Assembly (NCBI GenBank): GCA_052146735.1
Contig: JBKQMK010000202.1
Coordinates: 4,633 to 36,632, forward strand
Direction: 5' to 3'
DNA: 32,000 nt
Origin: Desulfomonilaceae bacterium
GTDB taxonomy: Bacteria; Desulfobacterota; Desulfomonilia; Desulfomonilales; Desulfomonilaceae
Shown: positions 27,544 through 32,000 of the stretch, in pieces
How the letters are laid out: each line of letters begins with the position of its first letter
Position numbering within the stretch: the stretch's first letter is position 1
Program-made: the position numbers and the translations under genes
The notes under the pieces: generated by a model
What the model was told of the DNA's origin: nothing
Databases searched by the model: none
Seen by the model: the letters and a program-made list of their open reading frames with translations, nothing else

Positions 27544-27810
27544 CTACGCTCCCTTTCCCTTCACCGGTGCCAGCTCGGCCTGCACTTCAGATCTTGCCTC
27601 GGCTGCTAGATCCTCCACCACTTCAGCGACCTCGGCGATCATCTCTCGACTTTTTTCGTAAAGCATAATGCCGCCCTTCATGGCTGCCTTTGCCACCGGC
27701 TTCGCGGCGGCCGCTATCATGGGAATTACCACGGGGGCTACTAGTAATCCTACGCCGATCGCGAGACCGGTCCACAAATCCGCTTTAGGTCTATAATCCC
27801 AAATTGCCAT
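27544..27810 (-). CDS. DUF5132-like small glycine-rich membrane protein
   Basis: MAIWDYRPKADLWTGLAIGVGLLVAPVVIPMIAAAAKPVAKAAMKGGIMLYEKSREMIAEVAEVVEDL; GGGGAGG RBS. Confidence 0.78.
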   Translation of the reverse strand: MAIWDYRPKADLWTGLAIGVGLLVAPVVIPMIAAAAKPVAKAAMKGGIMLYEKSREMIAEVAEVVEDLAAEARSEVQAELAPVKGKGA

Positions 27811-27893
27811 TTGACGCATCCTCCCCTTCAGTTATTCTTAGCACTACTCCCACCGTAATAGGTTAGCGCATTGTTCAGAATATGTCTACTTTG

Positions 27894-27918
27894 TTAGTGC
27901 TGTATTAGAGTTGTGTTA
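27894..27918 (-). promoter_or_regulatory. Candidate PHO-box-like repeats upstream of DUF5132/HMA/ATPase/MetK operon
   Basis: TTA on + strand at 27894, 27905 and 27916; gene-sense TTTTAACACAACTCTAATACAGCACTAACAAAG, 11-bp period. Confidence 0.6.
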
Positions 27919-28129
27919 AAAATCGCAGTTCGGCAAACTTTTTCGGTAATCGTTCACCAGGAAATCAGTTTACCCGGTTTTGCAACGCGACCAATCTCCG
28001 CGCCGATCACCCAATGCGCTATGGACGGCTAATTTTCTTGAAAGGTCGCGATGTCTCCTCCGGGACCATGCCAAGAGCGGCCGAGGCAGGCTATCCAAGG
28101 TCGGGATCAATCAGGCTATCCGGCTGCCT

Positions 28130-28249
28130 TTATGAACATAGCCTCCACATGCCGGAGAATGAGACTGCGGTGAGGAGAATGAAAACCACGAGGGACGTGA
28201 TAACCACAACGGCAAAGCCCGCAAGCGCAATCACTCCAAGCCGTTTCAT
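28130..28249 (-). CDS. Small single-TM protein (39 aa)
   Basis: AAGGAGGAAAC-ATG; MKRLGVIALAGFAVVVITSLVVFILLTAVSFSGMWRLCS-stop. Below ORF-track cutoff. Confidence 0.5.
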   Translation of the reverse strand: MKRLGVIALAGFAVVVITSLVVFILLTAVSFSGMWRLCS

Positions 28250-28510
28250 GTTTCCTCCTTATGCGTGCTGAAAATCGAGCTAATAAGTCGCACGCATGCA
28301 GATTCCACATCCTGACTGGATTAGAGGCGGCGCGATGTGAGCCCAATAAACTGAGCTGCCCTGTTTCCGTCTCTGGCCAGAGATGCGAATTGGCTACACC
28401 ATTCTCGATCAGGAGTATTGGGCGAAGATTATGGAGAGATTAAAAGATCGTTAGGACAGAGAGACTTCGCGTACAACCAATGCGTTGTCGAACAAGAGAG
28501 TTCTCAAGGG

Positions 28511-29560
28511 CTATACCCGGTCTTCAACCACGTGAAAGGACATCGTGCACGCTGTTACCATGCTTCTTCCGGAGAATAGCAATCCGGTCCAACCGAGTGC
28601 CTGCAAAAATAGGATCACAGCCGGGTCCCACAGTGTCGCAATGCCCATGCCCAGATTGGCGGCCGGGATCAATCGTCCCGGAGCGCTCCAGCCAACCAAC
28701 AGAAAGACATACACGATCGCCGCCATGCTCATGATCTGATAGGCGCTAACCTTGCCACCTCCCCGGTAATCGGCTCTGAGAAGCTCGGATACGGGTCTCC
28801 AAGCTTGGGTAGTTACTATCACCAGGATGAGCGCCGCAGAATAGCACCCCTTCAAGTAAAGAAAGATTGCAGCAAGGCTTACAGCCAGGTGCAATATAGC
28901 CGTGATGGCCTGTATGGGAATAACTTCGGTTCCGTCCAGACCTCCTTCGTAGGCTATCTTCTTGGTCTTACCTGAAAAGACGAAAGGATGACGACCTACG
29001 ATGCGCCGAATCCAGGGCCCACATTGAGACAAAGGTTTTCCGTAGCAACAACCGAAGCTTATACACGCCAAACGTCCTAAACCTTCTCCCAATCCGTATG
29101 ATATGGAAATGGACGCAAGTGCAGGAATCATGGGAACAGGATTCTTCCACCCAGAGGCAATGTCAACAATCCACAAAATGGCTGGAGTCACCAGAAAGCC
29201 CACAAAGGATGCGCCACCTATTGTGAGCGTGTGAGGCTTCTTCTCGACTGTCCGTGCTATGAACTTTGAGGCAGGAAGACAGACAGTGAGGACCATGCAC
29301 ATAATTATCCCTGTCACAGTCGCGGACACTCCGATTGCGCCCAACAGAATAAACGTGATCGCCGCGGCCACCATGATCGCCGCGGCACTGAAAAATCCAT
29401 AGTATGTGAAATTTAATCCTCTCCACCTGTTTCCCTCTTCTTTGGCCACAGGAATCGTTGCCATGATTTGCCATTTTTCTTGCGGCAAAGTCTGGAAAGC
29501 CCACCGGAGTACCAATGCGAAAAAGATTGCCAGGCCCAACACGAACGACTCATCTGACAT
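28511..29560 (-). CDS. Prolipoprotein diacylglyceryl transferase (Lgt)-like membrane protein
   Basis: ISYGLGEGLGRLACISFGCCYGKP (Lgt GRxxC-type motif), PIQAITAILHL, RPVSELLRADYRGGGKVSAYQIMSMAAI; multi-TM. Start probably 29560 rather than 29629. Confidence 0.72.
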   Translation of the reverse strand: MSDESFVLGLAIFFALVLRWAFQTLPQEKWQIMATIPVAKEEGNRWRGLNFTYYGFFSAAAIMVAAAITFILLGAIGVSATVTGIIMCMVLTVCLPASKFIARTVEKKPHTLTIGGASFVGFLVTPAILWIVDIASGWKNPVPMIPALASISISYGLGEGLGRLACISFGCCYGKPLSQCGPWIRRIVGRHPFVFSGKTKKIAYEGGLDGTEVIPIQAITAILHLAVSLAAIFLYLKGCYSAALILVIVTTQAWRPVSELLRADYRGGGKVSAYQIMSMAAIVYVFLLVGWSAPGRLIPAANLGMGIATLWDPAVILFLQALGWTGLLFSGRSMVTACTMSFHVVEDRV

Positions 29561-29644
29561 TCCACCACTCCCTTTAGATCGCTTTTGGCATGAAATGATT
29601 TGTGCATCCGTACGCAGCAGGCAGATCACTCAGAAGCATGTTTT

Positions 29645-30655
29645 TCACTCTCCTCGTGTAATGCTGGTGCCGATTGTAGATCGCACCTTCAAGTCGGTTT
29701 CCACCAACGGCCGGCCGAAGCCTATGGAAAACCGACTTTGCACGCCGTACAGACGCAAATTACGCAAAAGATCCTCTGCAAACTTAATCCGCCCCTGCTG
29801 AAACAAGACCACATCAGTGCTGCTACCAGGCCGATACTGGCTCTTGGGTAATCCTTTCCCCAGAAACATGCCCGGTTCCACCGGTCGTGGATTTTCGTAT
29901 CGGGTTTCGCTGTAGGCCTGAACGATGTCACCGATCATCAGAGCCACGACTTCTATCATTGCAACAAAGCCGACGCCTGTTCCGCCCTGGACGTCCGTAT
30001 CTATGATGGTGACTACGCGCCTGTTTTTTGAAAATGGCGTCACAAGAGCAACTACTGCACCAGGGTTGCAGGAATGATAGTCTCCGGGGATTTCAAATAT
30101 ATCCACCACTTGCCCGGCCACAGGTGTGTGGTTGTAATGATATTTGTCCGGTGTCAACCTGAAGACCGCAAAATCTCCATTAAGGAACGCTCTGTTCCAT
30201 TCCGGCTTGTCCCGACTGAGAAGTTCTTCAAGATCGAAAAACTTTTCTTTGAGAAACAAGCTGGAACTCTCGCTCAAAGAGCCGATTATGACCCTGGAAT
30301 CCGCCGGAGACACTACGGTCACCGGCCGTTCATCCATGGATCGGCACTCCCAATATCGGATTTGACGTTCAAAGACCTTTCTCAAGGTCGTCAAACTTTC
30401 GGGCTCAACGCATTCCGCTAGGTCTACGCCGTATTTCTTCAGTGAGGCCCCGGCCCGATTAGCGAGACGAGCATCGTATTGTATGGACGCGAGCAGCCGA
30501 GACGTGCGGGCGCTGGTGAGGGCTTTGAAAAGAAACGGAGCTCTTTCTCTGCATACTGAGTACATCAGTCGGACAGCTTTGTCTCCAATGAGCCTCTCGG
30601 TGCAAACCTTCCCGGACTCTCTGTCCACGAACTGGTGCTGCATGGCCGCGATCAT
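29645..30655 (-). CDS. psd: Phosphatidylserine decarboxylase-family protein (long form)
   Basis: VSPADSRVIIG, FRLTPDKYHYNHTPVAGQVVDIFEIPGDYHSCNP, NRRVVTIIDTDVQGGTGVGFVAMIEVVALMIGDI, YRPGSSTDVVLFQQGRI (GSS processing site). ATG at 30655 lies 5 nt after the preceding gene's stop; longer start 30691 would overlap it. Confidence 0.85.
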   Translation of the reverse strand: MIAAMQHQFVDRESGKVCTERLIGDKAVRLMYSVCRERAPFLFKALTSARTSRLLASIQYDARLANRAGASLKKYGVDLAECVEPESLTTLRKVFERQIRYWECRSMDERPVTVVSPADSRVIIGSLSESSSLFLKEKFFDLEELLSRDKPEWNRAFLNGDFAVFRLTPDKYHYNHTPVAGQVVDIFEIPGDYHSCNPGAVVALVTPFSKNRRVVTIIDTDVQGGTGVGFVAMIEVVALMIGDIVQAYSETRYENPRPVEPGMFLGKGLPKSQYRPGSSTDVVLFQQGRIKFAEDLLRNLRLYGVQSRFSIGFGRPLVETDLKVRSTIGTSITRGE

Positions 30656-30659
30656 ATAT

Positions 30660-32000
30660 TCACAACCCCTTTGAAGCGCAGACGCTTTCATGGTGTACGG
30701 TGACCAGAACCAGGTCGATGAGTGCCTTCAACACTTCAAGAGACGCAACATCGTTAAGCACATCATTTTGAACGGTGGTGAGAAATTCGCAGACCCCTTG
30801 GTCTTTTGTAGAATATGAAAGGGCTTCTCTATAATCTCTTGCGGATTCGGCCGAGCCCGATTCCATCGCTAGAAGATCTTCGTGCAGGAAACGCAAGGCT
30901 TCGACCATGTGCCGTTTCTTCAGGACCGTCCTATAGTAGCGTTCCGAAGCCAGGTTGAATTCATCTGCGGTCAAATTCATGGGAGAGTCCGCACCGGTGG
31001 ACTCGAGTATGCCGCTAGTCAATTTTCCTGCGGCTGAAAATTCTTGGGGATTCTCCAGCCTGGCCTTGAGATCCTCCACAGTGTCTTCCAAATGAAGAGT
31101 TTCGATCAGGTCAGACGCTTCATGCATGAGGAGATCGACCAAAGCCAGCCGATATTGTCGGTTGTACACTCTCAAGTACCCAGGATAGCGTCGACTGTAT
31201 CGCGCTCCTCTCGTGCGTTTCATGATGCTTTTCATGAACAAATTTCGAGTGTCATTGAAAATAAAAAAAGTTGGCAGTCCGATAGCGGAGCCGAAAAACA
31301 TTTGCCTGCGTTCACTTTCCGTAAAGGGGTCGTCGGGAATGTGGGAATGCGTGATCTTGCCTTGAAGCACCAATTTGTAGGCCAGAGCGGTCACCAGGGT
31401 TTGCAGATTGGTAGCATCAGCCATGTCGTGCTCGATGCTTTCAAACAGGCTGTAATGACGTCCCTCGAATCCCGAGAAGCCTACCTTTCTGAATTCTCGA
31501 AGTCGATAGAGCAGGTAGAGTGACATTTCCTGGTCAAACACGCCCAGGTCGGAGAGGTCCTTTTTTAAGCGTTCTTCATTTCCGAGTTTGCCATCAAGTG
31601 CGGGGCTTCTTTCGGTGCTCCTCAGCGTGACCAGATAGTCGAGGAGCCTGAAATCAGCGACAAAGTCCCCTTTCACCCGAAAAAGGCGGCTAATTGTTTT
31701 GTCGAGAAAATCGACGCCGAAAGGTGTCACCGGCCGACCTAATATTTTCAGCGTCGCTTTATTTTTCCACCGCCGCCAGATCATTCTCAAATGGGTGTAG
31801 TCAAGTTCGTGAGGCAAAAAGCCGAGAACCTTTTCCGGATGAAAATCTACGAAATCGAGTCTGTACGGCGCTGCGCTGTATGTCCCCACGAAGAGCGGGA
31901 GAAAGTGTTCTACTATCTTGATTACCAGGTCCCCCAAGAATTTTTCATGAGCCGCTGTGAATCCCGAAGTTTCGTCTGCGAGATGGGCTGTGAGCTTGGC
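30660..32000 (-). CDS. Hypothetical protein of unknown family, 5' end beyond the window
   Basis: Reading frame is open to position 32000 (...AKLTAHLADETSGFTAAHEKFLGDLVIKIVEHFLPLFVGTYS...); co-directional and nearly contiguous with psd. Confidence 0.75.
   Translation of the reverse strand, partial: AKLTAHLADETSGFTAAHEKFLGDLVIKIVEHFLPLFVGTYSAAPYRLDFVDFHPEKVLGFLPHELDYTHLRMIWRRWKNKATLKILGRPVTPFGVDFLDKTISRLFRVKGDFVADFRLLDYLVTLRSTERSPALDGKLGNEERLKKDLSDLGVFDQEMSLYLLYRLREFRKVGFSGFEGRHYSLFESIEHDMADATNLQTLVTALAYKLVLQGKITHSHIPDDPFTESERRQMFFGSAIGLPTFFIFNDTRNLFMKSIMKRTRGARYSRRYPGYLRVYNRQYRLALVDLLMHEASDLIETLHLEDTVEDLKARLENPQEFSAAGKLTSGILESTGADSPMNLTADEFNLASERYYRTVLKKRHMVEALRFLHEDLLAMESGSAESARDYREALSYSTKDQGVCEFLTTVQNDVLNDVASLEVLKALIDLVLVTVHHESVCASKGL

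Noticed and set aside
28480-28739. Forward ORFs (84 and 64 aa) over the Lgt-like gene
   Set aside because: Antisense to a multi-TM gene with conserved Lgt-type motifs.

Overview
The window reads as a phosphorus-acquisition and stress island from a Gram-negative, probably deltaproteobacterial (sulfate-reducer/syntroph-like), chromosome. The taxon is an impression only. In order it carries: (1) the 5' part of a molybdopterin oxidoreductase gene running off the left edge; (2) an orphan hybrid histidine kinase; (3) two tandem divergent PstS-like binding proteins with an IS1380-type transposase remnant between them, a DJ-1/PfpI protein, and a canonical PstS; (4) a lipid-type operon (methyltransferase, small phosphatidylserine decarboxylase, an unusual PHP-domain/GT4 glycosyltransferase fusion, TVP38/DedA-like membrane protein); (5) a LysR regulator and a ptxABCD-like phosphite uptake and oxidation operon; (6) a poorly characterised cluster of CxxC-less HMA-like proteins, DUF5132-like glycine-rich membrane proteins, a zinc-ribbon membrane protein, a type-II-like P-type ATPase with an HMA-like N-terminus, and a divergent MetK-like protein whose start codon overlaps the ATPase stop (ATGA); (7) a second operon with an unknown protein, a second and different Psd, and an Lgt-like membrane protein. 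The main new observation is a repeated promoter motif: direct repeats with TAA-type cores spaced exactly 11 bp apart. It occurs upstream of the kinase, both PstS-like genes, pstS, the lipid operon (more distantly), the LysR gene, the ptx operon, and both arms of the HMA/DUF5132/ATPase/MetK cluster. This is the architecture of a PHO box, and it would place the uncharacterised cluster in the phosphate-starvation regulon.
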